Of a DNA stretch of 64,000 nucleotides, positions 39,209 to 47,729 are shown in pieces. A program made the position numbers and the translations under genes. The stretch is from a virus: the IMG/VR virus record IMGVR_UViG_3300028284_000001. One strand, 5' to 3'. The notes beneath the pieces are model-generated. The model was given only the letters and a program-made list of their open reading frames with translations. It was not told the DNA's origin and searched no databases. How positions within the stretch are numbered: position 1 is the stretch's first letter; the number at the start of each line of letters is the position of its first letter.

Positions 39209-39943
39209 TTATTCTGCAAATGCTTCAATATCCCATTGGATTCTCTGCATAGGATCGTCATCTCTAAATTCTTTCTTAACCCAATCAATAAGTCCCGGTT
39301 CGAATTGAGCGTTTTGCGCCATATCACTGGCGTTCTTCCAACCGTCATTTGATGCAACATCTTCTAACCATTGGTCATATTTCTTTTGAGTCCATCTTAC
39401 TTTCTTAACAGCTTTCTTATGTGGACCTGCTCCTAAAGTTGACTTTACAGTATTATAGTGTTCTGGACCGGCAAATATACCTTCTGCCCATTCTTGATCT
39501 CTTTTATTACCGTCCCAATATTTAATCTCTTTTCTAAATCTTCTTAGTGAATAATTACCGCCTTCTATTTGCCTACTCTTTGTAACTTCTCCTTGTCTTT
39601 TACCTAATTCGATTTTCTTTTCTTCAGCAGTCTTAGGATCCATTTCGAAATGTAAAGATTTTACTAAATCTCCAATACCATCAAATTTACTTTCATTAAT
39701 AAAAGTTGAAAATTGAGTATATAAATTAAATGATTCCATTTCTAATTTCTTTTTAGTTTTATCCTTCTTAACTTCTTCTTCGTCGTCGTCAATATCTGCA
39801 ACATCTGGTACATCACCTGAGCCTATGTTTCCATTTGCTGAATTAGGTAAAGATACTTCTCCCATACCTCCTATGTTTCCAGGGCTTATTCTAGCGTTAG
39901 CTGTTTCAAAGTTTTCTTCTAATGGTCCAATAAATTCTGACAT
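39209..39943 (-). CDS. putative internal head protein
   Basis: PGNIGGMG..GSGD N-terminal part; internal YTQFSTFINE motif. Confidence 0.55.
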   Translation of the reverse strand: MSEFIGPLEENFETANARISPGNIGGMGEVSLPNSANGNIGSGDVPDVADIDDDEEEVKKDKTKKKLEMESFNLYTQFSTFINESKFDGIGDLVKSLHFEMDPKTAEEKKIELGKRQGEVTKSRQIEGGNYSLRRFRKEIKYWDGNKRDQEWAEGIFAGPEHYNTVKSTLGAGPHKKAVKKVRWTQKKYDQWLEDVASNDGWKNASDMAQNAQFEPGLIDWVKKEFRDDDPMQRIQWDIEAFAE

Positions 39944-39944
39944 A

Positions 39945-40514
39945 TTATTTTGCGTCTATTTGAATGTATTCAGCGTCTCTAAGTTCAAGATTGTTATTAC
40001 CAACCTGTCTATCGTATTCACCATAGATAACATCTTTTTTACTTGCTACTGGAGAGTTCATCATTCCAGTCTTATCTATTTTTCTACCTAATTTATTACC
40101 GTTAGCATCATCCATAAAACCAACATTAATTACCATTTCATTCCATGTTGCGTATGATATGTATAAATCCCCAGAACCGTCTGATGAGTTTAAGCCATTA
40201 ACTTCGTCAGCTTTCCATTCTTCACTTAAATTAGCAGTTACAAATAATACCGTCTCCATATCTTTTGTTCCTTTTTCAACTTGATCCAAGATGATTTTTT
40301 CAGCATCTTTCTTAAAACTCTTCCATTCTTTATTAACTTCTTTTAGAGTTCCATCTACATCACCTTCATATTGAATCTTTTCGATTTCTTTTTTAAAGGC
40401 TTGCATTACTTTTCCTATTAACCCCTTAGAAGTATAAAGTCCAGTCATTCTATATGCTTTTTCGTTTAATTTTTGTGAAGCTACAAATGCTTCAAATAAT
40501 TTTACGTGTTTCAT
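39945..40514 (-). CDS. putative internal head protein
   Basis: N-terminus MKHVKLFEAFV...KLNE. Confidence 0.6.
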   Translation of the reverse strand: MKHVKLFEAFVASQKLNEKAYRMTGLYTSKGLIGKVMQAFKKEIEKIQYEGDVDGTLKEVNKEWKSFKKDAEKIILDQVEKGTKDMETVLFVTANLSEEWKADEVNGLNSSDGSGDLYISYATWNEMVINVGFMDDANGNKLGRKIDKTGMMNSPVASKKDVIYGEYDRQVGNNNLELRDAEYIQIDAK

Positions 40515-40535
40515 AGTTGTTTTTATTTAATTGTA

Positions 40536-42692
40536 TTACCAAGCGTAATCGAATCCTTCGATTTTAGCTATTTTTTCTTTAAGTGATAAAGCGTAATTCT
40601 TAATCTCTTTTTTATACCAAGATTCAGATGAACCAAATCTTTTTTCAGATTCTTCTTCTTGTCTAACATAATCACAATATCTAGAATAATCATCTAATAT
40701 ATTTGACATGTGATTAGAAGCATCTCTTAATTTAACCTCTTTTCCTTTTGCACTTTGACCAATTTTGATTTCTTCATATCTAGTCTTTTCACCACTAGCT
40801 AAACCTGCTTTAATTTGATCGGTTAACATATCGATTGCATCTGCTACCATTTTATCTAATGGCATTGTTGCAGCCTTAGTAGCTAAAATTTGGTGGTATC
40901 TGTCGTTGTTAGCTTTCTTAAAATCTTTATCATTAGTAAATGCAATTGCACCTGATTTAGCTTCAGCTCTAGCTGCTCTTAATTGGTCAGTAGAATACTT
41001 TTGTCTAATTAGGTCTAGGTTAATAACAAGAACTCTATCAGAAACTTCTGCGATTCTTTTACCATTATTAAGTCCAGTTCCTGACCAGCCTCTGTATTTA
41101 TGTGATACACCAACTTGGTCATCAGAACCTTTTTTACCGTCTTTTTTAAATGATTTAGTTCTTGAATATCTAGACCAGTCATTAGTATAGAATTCTCTAT
41201 CACCAGACATTGCTGCTATTAGAAGACCTCCACCTGGTACAGTTTTTAAAGAACCATAACCAGCGTCATAAGGACAGTATGGGTTATCTTTTTCGTTATC
41301 AGATATAAAGAATAATATATGCTTTGATCCACCATGTTCTTTAAACACCTTAGTTGGATCATTACTTATTACCATATCCTCATCACCTACTTTATCTAAT
41401 GCAACTTTAGCTAATCCGTAAAAACCACCAGCTAGTGACTTTAAATTTTCTTTACCGTATTTACCTTCTTTGTTACTCATCAAAATGCTAGCTAGCAATT
41501 GGCTACCTATTTTTTCATTTAAGAATCCAGATGCTCCAACAAAGTCAGAGAATGATTCATGTAAAAATATATTTTCCATATTTGTTGTTTGTGTTTTAAT
41601 ATTTTCTAGAAGACCTATTGCAATATCATTGACTTCTCTATCTCCTTTGTCAACATATCTTTTATTAACAATCATAAAAGTAAATCCATCTGCTGTTACT
41701 TGGTAATGTGGCATCATGCCTGTACCAAAGTCGTATTTATATTTAGCTGCTTTTAATTCTTTACCAACGTCCATAAATGATTTAGCTTTACCTACTAATT
41801 CAGCAAGCTTATCTAAGTGTGTTCCAGCGTCATCCTTTTCGTTAACTGCTGATTCGGCTAATCCTTGCTTTTTCATTAGAGCTAGTTCATCTTTACATGC
41901 CTTGTTAAATTTCTTAAAGTGCGGTATTGCAGATTTAGAATATCCATCTTGAAATAATTCAATTGCCATATTCAGATGGCTTGCTATTTCGTCAGCTTGT
42001 TCATCACCTATTTCTTCAAAATCATCAGAAAGTCTTAGTAACTTTTTCTCACCCGTTCCCTTTGAAGCGAATAAACCAAGTTTTAGTAATGCAACAATTG
42101 GCTCTTCTTTAGCTTCAGTAACTGATTCGTCCACTCTTGTTAAAGTATCGTAATAAATATCATCTATATTACCTGAGTTATCAAAGTTATATCCTACTGA
42201 TGCGTCGATAGTCCATTCTTTTCCATCTTGGTCTGTACCCATAAAGTATACATCCTTTCCTTCGTTTCCGTGGTCATCGATAACATCATAATCATCAAAT
42301 TCTACTTCATACTTTTTACTACCGTCTTTAAATTTAATAATAGGCCAATCATCTTTAGTGATTTTAATAGCTTCAGATATAGGGAATGCTTTTAATGTAG
42401 GCGTGTCTAATTCGCTTAAAATTCTAAGACCCCATTTTGAAAGCTTAACACCATCCTCAGAAACAAAGAAATATTTTGAATTTGAAGATCTCCACCTGTT
42501 AGGACTTTTAGATACCTTTGAAAGTATTTTAGTAAATTCCTCTTCTGTTAATATTCCGTCTTTTACTGCTTTTAAAATTTCGTTTCTAACATTAGCTGTT
42601 TTGCCAACAGTAGATGCAGGGTGGTTTTCAGTATACTTTCTTTTAATCTGTATCTTTTTACCTTCTTCTAAAAAATCTTTGAATTTATTCAT
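40536..42692 (-). CDS. putative multi-module internal head protein
   Basis: N-terminus MNKFKDFLEE; modules separated by ISE, VTE, VNE, LLE, LNE. Confidence 0.6.
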   Translation of the reverse strand: MNKFKDFLEEGKKIQIKRKYTENHPASTVGKTANVRNEILKAVKDGILTEEEFTKILSKVSKSPNRWRSSNSKYFFVSEDGVKLSKWGLRILSELDTPTLKAFPISEAIKITKDDWPIIKFKDGSKKYEVEFDDYDVIDDHGNEGKDVYFMGTDQDGKEWTIDASVGYNFDNSGNIDDIYYDTLTRVDESVTEAKEEPIVALLKLGLFASKGTGEKKLLRLSDDFEEIGDEQADEIASHLNMAIELFQDGYSKSAIPHFKKFNKACKDELALMKKQGLAESAVNEKDDAGTHLDKLAELVGKAKSFMDVGKELKAAKYKYDFGTGMMPHYQVTADGFTFMIVNKRYVDKGDREVNDIAIGLLENIKTQTTNMENIFLHESFSDFVGASGFLNEKIGSQLLASILMSNKEGKYGKENLKSLAGGFYGLAKVALDKVGDEDMVISNDPTKVFKEHGGSKHILFFISDNEKDNPYCPYDAGYGSLKTVPGGGLLIAAMSGDREFYTNDWSRYSRTKSFKKDGKKGSDDQVGVSHKYRGWSGTGLNNGKRIAEVSDRVLVINLDLIRQKYSTDQLRAARAEAKSGAIAFTNDKDFKKANNDRYHQILATKAATMPLDKMVADAIDMLTDQIKAGLASGEKTRYEEIKIGQSAKGKEVKLRDASNHMSNILDDYSRYCDYVRQEEESEKRFGSSESWYKKEIKNYALSLKEKIAKIEGFDYAW

Positions 42693-42694
42693 AG

Positions 42695-43090
42695 TTATTT
42701 AAGCTTTTTTGTTATACCATCAATTTCTGTATAGGCACAGTTTTGTCCCTTAACAATAAATGATCCATAAGAGATTGAAAGGTTTGCACCTTCACCTCCT
42801 GTTTTAACATGGGTTTTATATGCTTCTTCTATAGAGGCCTGATCTGCAGCAACAGCTACAACTTTAGGTCTAAAGCCGGCACCGACATTATGATCATTTT
42901 TAGATCTCAGATACATTGATTCTCCATTTATTTCTACTGTATTATGTAGTACTAAAGCGAAACTAGTTTCTCCTTTAGCTGGTAAATCAAAACCATCAAA
43001 TGAATATTTACTAAAGTAGTAAGATCCAAGCGCTATTTTCTCATTAACTACGTTATGAGTAAATGCTTCAAATGTGTTTATTGATTTCAT
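42695..43090 (-). CDS. putative internal head protein
   Basis: N-terminus MKSINTFEAF...VVNE; late motif variant at 43112-43119. Confidence 0.6.
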   Translation of the reverse strand: MKSINTFEAFTHNVVNEKIALGSYYFSKYSFDGFDLPAKGETSFALVLHNTVEINGESMYLRSKNDHNVGAGFRPKVVAVAADQASIEEAYKTHVKTGGEGANLSISYGSFIVKGQNCAYTEIDGITKKLK

Positions 43091-43110
43091 GTTTTAGTTA
43101 GTTTATTTGT

Positions 43111-44970
43111 TTATATATTCTTTAGAAAAGTATTAAAGGTTTGAAAATCTACTTCTGTAGATTCAGCTACTACTCCAACAGAGTTCTCTAATTTAGTTTT
43201 TAATTCTGCATACATACTATGTAATGCTTTAGGAGTTAGCTTCTTAAATAACTTCTCATCGCCGTCTAGCATTGCATTTCTTACTTGTGTTGCTGAAATA
43301 TTCTTACCTGTTCTAGGAATTTCAAATAATCCGAAATCATCTCTAACACCTAAGTCATCTCTATATTCTTGTTTATCTACTTGATATCCATAAGTCTTCA
43401 TTCTATCACTTCCTGTTCCCCATAATACTGGTTCGTATCTAGGTCTCATTGCATTAAACATGGTGTCAATACCTCCTGTTGGAATTACAAAAACTTGTTC
43501 GATTGGATATTTAGATTTTAAAGAGTTAATCATTGCCACTTGAGTGTCCTCATCATAAGGTCTTTTAAATGCATCTTCCTTTTTCTTATTCTTAGCCTTA
43601 ACTAATAATATTACTACTGGATATCCATTTTGTTTATGAATAGTTTCAACTACTTTAGCATGGCCTAGTGTGAATGGTTGGAATCTACCAACAAACATAT
43701 TAACTAGTTTTTTACCTTGTCCTGGATAATCTACCTTTAACGCTTCGGTAATTGGACTTATTTGAGTACTAATTTTCTTATTTGATAAATATTGGTTAAA
43801 GTTCATAACATCACCTTCGTTAGCTTTTGCCATTATTTTATCATCAATTTTTTCAACAATGCCATTTAACGCATCTAGCATATCACCTTGTAGAAGATCT
43901 GTACCCTTGCTTCTTTTCTTTCTAAAACTACCTAATGTAATTTTAAATAATTCTGCTAGAGTTTTATCTTGTATTAATGTTAGAGTTTTTTCATTAGTTA
44001 TGAACTTATGATTTAATTCAAACATTGGAGACTCTGCAAAATCAGCAGAATCAAATTTAGCACCAATATATTTAGTAGCATTCTTTTCAACATATTTGTT
44101 AAATACACTTGACATTAATTCTAAATATCTATAATCAGCAGATTCAGATGTTAATTCTACTAAACTAATATCCTCTTGTATAAAAAATTCTACAATATCT
44201 AAAATAGAAATCTGATACATGTCAGAAGGTTTTCTATTCTCTTTAGTTTCTTTATTAAATCTTTCTAATACAAATGTTTGTAATGTTTTTCCATCATGTA
44301 TATTAATAATAAATCCTGCAACTTCTTTAGAAAGATCGTTCATTAAAGTAGATTGCTTTAAGTTCTCATTAAAGATTCCATAAACACTTCTTGTAAAATT
44401 AGGTCTATCTTTATTTTCATACTTATCCGTATATTCATTAATACTAGTAGATAACATTTCTTTAAGACCGTCCTTTTGACCTGAATGTAAAAAGCCTTCA
44501 AAAATAACTGGAGGTCTTTGTACTTCTAAAAGATCTGCCCATTTATTTAATATTTTAGTATCTCTAATTACTTTTCTAACTTTATTAGGATTAGATGGTT
44601 GTAATACTTGGATATGTGTTAACACTAAATTAGATTTAGGTAGTACATCATATTCAATATCAATAGTTTTGTTATCTCCTAAATATTCAAAACCAAACTT
44701 CCAATCAAATGGCATTTCTTCTACAGAATCAGAAGCAACTGTTTTAAAGTGTCTAATTGCATTTTCGTAGTATCTTACAATAGTACGATCTACTACATTC
44801 ATCTTATCTTTAGAACCTGATTTATAGAATGCAAATTCAGAACCTTCTCTTTTAGCGTGAAAAGATGAACCATCAATTTTTTCTGTTACAACACATTTGT
44901 TTGATAACAGTTTATCAATGTCATTAATATTAGATCCTTCAAAATATGTTTTTAAATTCTGTAGTGCCAT
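43111..44970 (-). CDS. ligase-fold domain fused to a HIGH-superfamily (cytidylyltransferase/NMNAT-like) nucleotidyltransferase
   Basis: N-terminal VTEKIDG and FGFEY; C-terminal GRFQPFTLGH, GSDR, ISATQVR. Confidence 0.75.
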   Translation of the reverse strand: MALQNLKTYFEGSNINDIDKLLSNKCVVTEKIDGSSFHAKREGSEFAFYKSGSKDKMNVVDRTIVRYYENAIRHFKTVASDSVEEMPFDWKFGFEYLGDNKTIDIEYDVLPKSNLVLTHIQVLQPSNPNKVRKVIRDTKILNKWADLLEVQRPPVIFEGFLHSGQKDGLKEMLSTSINEYTDKYENKDRPNFTRSVYGIFNENLKQSTLMNDLSKEVAGFIINIHDGKTLQTFVLERFNKETKENRKPSDMYQISILDIVEFFIQEDISLVELTSESADYRYLELMSSVFNKYVEKNATKYIGAKFDSADFAESPMFELNHKFITNEKTLTLIQDKTLAELFKITLGSFRKKRSKGTDLLQGDMLDALNGIVEKIDDKIMAKANEGDVMNFNQYLSNKKISTQISPITEALKVDYPGQGKKLVNMFVGRFQPFTLGHAKVVETIHKQNGYPVVILLVKAKNKKKEDAFKRPYDEDTQVAMINSLKSKYPIEQVFVIPTGGIDTMFNAMRPRYEPVLWGTGSDRMKTYGYQVDKQEYRDDLGVRDDFGLFEIPRTGKNISATQVRNAMLDGDEKLFKKLTPKALHSMYAELKTKLENSVGVVAESTEVDFQTFNTFLKNI

Positions 44971-46241
44971 TATCTTCCGTATTTTATGATACCCATTAGC
45001 TGGTTAATCGCAGCAAAAGTACCGGTTAGTTTAAAGGTTTTTCCTTTAAATTTAAAGACCACTCCTTCTGTTGGGATGATCGACTCAATACCACCAATTC
45101 CCTCTAGTCTTTTTAGTTCTTTTTCAACCTTTGCAATTTGAGTAAGGTCGCCATTCTTTTTAATCTTGCCAGCTTCAGTTCTAATCTGATTATGTAATCT
45201 TGCTTTTTCAGCATCTGGATTAGCAGCTACAAAATTAGAAGCGTTCTTTAAAACATCTGCACCTAACTCTAAAAATAGATTCTCAAAAGGTAAAATGTTT
45301 TCTTTATACTTCTTATTTCTTTGACCATCAAAATCTTTAACAGCCTTATTTTGTTCCGGTGTTAATTCCTTCTTTAATGCAGTTAACTTAAGCGTCTGCT
45401 TATCTAAGTAAGCCCATCTTAAAAGTAAACCCTCTTTGTGTGCAGGTTCTAAGTCTGCAAAGTTCTCTTCGATTTGGCCTCTCCACCACATCTCGTGATA
45501 CATTTTAACCTCATCAGTATCTGATAGACTATAAGTATCTCTTAGTTTATTTATCGCCTTTTCGTAATAGCCTACTCTATCATCAAAGTTAATGTCTTTT
45601 CCTAACTTTAAAATTTGAGGGGGAATTATTGTAAACGTCTTTTGAACATCTGACTTTAATTCTTTAAGAGCTTTAACTAGTTCTGTAGCAATATTTTGTT
45701 TTCCAGTTTGATTACCTTCACCATCAGTCTCTACAATACCATGAAATTGTATAACATCTCTGTCATAATAGATAACATTAGGGTTTTTAGAGTAAATTAG
45801 TTCCATGTTAACGAAATTTAATCCGTTCGCGAACATTGATTGGTCCTTAAGCGCTGGGAGCGCCGCTGCTAGATCTTTAGCAGCAAAGATATATGTTTCT
45901 TCAACCAGCTGTGAGGCATGACCAGTGAACATCGTAATGATGCCTGCTAGATCAAGTGGGTTTATCATTTGCCCCTTATTTCTGGCAAACATTGCTTGAC
46001 CATCTTTTACAGTTGCAAATAGGTTTTGACCATCAGTCTTTTCAGTTGCAGCCTCTTCGAAATCTAGTCCACCCTGTAATGAAGATTTAACAATAGTCTT
46101 GAAATCTGCAAAAGTTAATGAGTGGTCATCGAAGGGGTGCATCATGTGTCCTGCTGCTCCACCTTCAAATACGAAAGAGTCCAAGTTGTTCACTTGGATT
46201 TTCTCGTTTAAAAATTCTGTAAAATTAGTGTATATCTTCAT
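44970..46241 (-). CDS. ATP-dependent ligase/capping-superfamily nucleotidyltransferase (DUF6267-like)
   Basis: GHMMHPFD, TEKTDG (motif I), NMELI (III), EGVVF (IV), FKLTG (V). Confidence 0.7.
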   Translation of the reverse strand: MKIYTNFTEFLNEKIQVNNLDSFVFEGGAAGHMMHPFDDHSLTFADFKTIVKSSLQGGLDFEEAATEKTDGQNLFATVKDGQAMFARNKGQMINPLDLAGIITMFTGHASQLVEETYIFAAKDLAAALPALKDQSMFANGLNFVNMELIYSKNPNVIYYDRDVIQFHGIVETDGEGNQTGKQNIATELVKALKELKSDVQKTFTIIPPQILKLGKDINFDDRVGYYEKAINKLRDTYSLSDTDEVKMYHEMWWRGQIEENFADLEPAHKEGLLLRWAYLDKQTLKLTALKKELTPEQNKAVKDFDGQRNKKYKENILPFENLFLELGADVLKNASNFVAANPDAEKARLHNQIRTEAGKIKKNGDLTQIAKVEKELKRLEGIGGIESIIPTEGVVFKFKGKTFKLTGTFAAINQLMGIIKYGR

Positions 46242-46261
46242 AAGAAGTTTTTAGATTTATT

Positions 46262-47695
46262 TTATCCTAATGATGCTGTTAATGCACCGACAGCAGCTCC
46301 GTAATCGTCACCGTGCTTAGACAATAATCCGTCTACAACTTCTTGTGCTTTTTCTTCGTCAAATTTATCACCGAAAGCTTTTCCTAAAACTGAGAAGGCA
46401 TACTCTTTAAAATCTTCATCAGACTTTACTTCTGCTTCGTTAGTAGCTTCAGTTTCAGTTTCTTCAGTTGTAGCTTCAGTTTCAGTTTCTTCAGTTGTAG
46501 CTTCAGTTTCAGTTTCTTCAGCACCTTCTTCTACAACTTCTTCTTCTTTAATAACTGGAAAGTTCTTACCATTAAATTCAAATTCTGCAGCATCTTCTTC
46601 AATTGCTTTAGCTCTTGCTGCTAAAAATGCATTGCCTTCGTTCATTACTGACTCGTTAGCCCATATTAATTCAAATGCATCTACTATTTTTTGTGCTTGT
46701 TGAGAATAACCAAATCCATCTAAGAATAAAGCCATACCTTCAACAATACCGATACCAGACCATCCTGCAGCGTTAGCTAATCCAGAATAATGATTATCTA
46801 ATAAACTCATGATTGATTTTTTACCAACTGGAACTTCTAAACCACCTAGGTTATCGATCTTTACTGAAACAGTAGTAATCTTACCACCAAGTGCTTTACT
46901 TACTGGATCTTTATATGAATGGAAGTTAGCGTCTGTTAAAGATTCTGATAATAAATATCTACAAACTCCTAATAAGAGCTGACCGTCCATTAATGCAGTG
47001 TGATTCGTAAAGAATGATTCTAACCATTTAGATACTTTCTTAGCATCTCTTAAATTACCCTTAGAAGGTTTAAATGATTCATTGATTATCATAGATTCAA
47101 ATGCTGGGACTAAATCGTAACTATCATAAACATCAACCATATACCATTTCTTATCTGTTTCAGAATATAGGTAGATAAATTCAGCTCCACCGTTATTAGC
47201 GGCATCTTTTACGAACTTCTCAGTATCTTTCATATCTCCGTCAGTAGTGGTCTTGTCGCCGTAGAATTTAATATCGTCTACATTTGCTTCTAGACCTGAA
47301 CCACCCCCTTTCTTCAGTAGAGTGTCTACTGCCTTTCCATCTTTGTAACCCTTTTTAATTGTAGGTAACATGTGGTCTGGGTAACCATCATAGTGCATAT
47401 ACACTGTTGAGATTTTTCCGTTCTTTTTGATTTTACCGATTTGTGATCTTGTACCCTCTTCAATGATCGCTATTGATTCTGATATTTCAGAACTACCTAA
47501 CTTTTGATAGAATGTATGTCTGTCTTCTTCTTTAAGTTCTTTAATAGAAGTTACTCCGAACTCTCCAAGTAGATTTTTAAACTGATCTGCAGCTACATTT
47601 CTTGCAGCTGATTGTTCTTCTTCTAATTTAGCGTTAGCTAGCTTTTTAGCACCATGTGCAAAATCTTCAAAAGATTGTAATTTTAATGATCCCAT
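46262..47695 (-). CDS. putative multi-module internal head polyprotein
   Basis: LQSFEDF N-terminus; embedded GTRS...YMHYDGYP domain; late promoter at 47731-47738. Confidence 0.6.
   Translation of the reverse strand: MGSLKLQSFEDFAHGAKKLANAKLEEEQSAARNVAADQFKNLLGEFGVTSIKELKEEDRHTFYQKLGSSEISESIAIIEEGTRSQIGKIKKNGKISTVYMHYDGYPDHMLPTIKKGYKDGKAVDTLLKKGGGSGLEANVDDIKFYGDKTTTDGDMKDTEKFVKDAANNGGAEFIYLYSETDKKWYMVDVYDSYDLVPAFESMIINESFKPSKGNLRDAKKVSKWLESFFTNHTALMDGQLLLGVCRYLLSESLTDANFHSYKDPVSKALGGKITTVSVKIDNLGGLEVPVGKKSIMSLLDNHYSGLANAAGWSGIGIVEGMALFLDGFGYSQQAQKIVDAFELIWANESVMNEGNAFLAARAKAIEEDAAEFEFNGKNFPVIKEEEVVEEGAEETETEATTEETETEATTEETETEATNEAEVKSDEDFKEYAFSVLGKAFGDKFDEEKAQEVVDGLLSKHGDDYGAAVGALTASLG
46443..46520. 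repeat. 27-bp in-frame tandem repeat x3 (EETETEATT)
   Basis: gtagcttcagtttcagtttcttcagtt repeated about three times. Confidence 0.9.
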
Positions 47696-47729
47696 GTGAA
47701 TAATTTTATTTTATTATTTTAGTATTGTA

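Noticed and set aside
46443-46520. CRISPR-like array
   Set aside because: Repeats are contiguous, in frame and have no spacers; the same holds for 11214-11297
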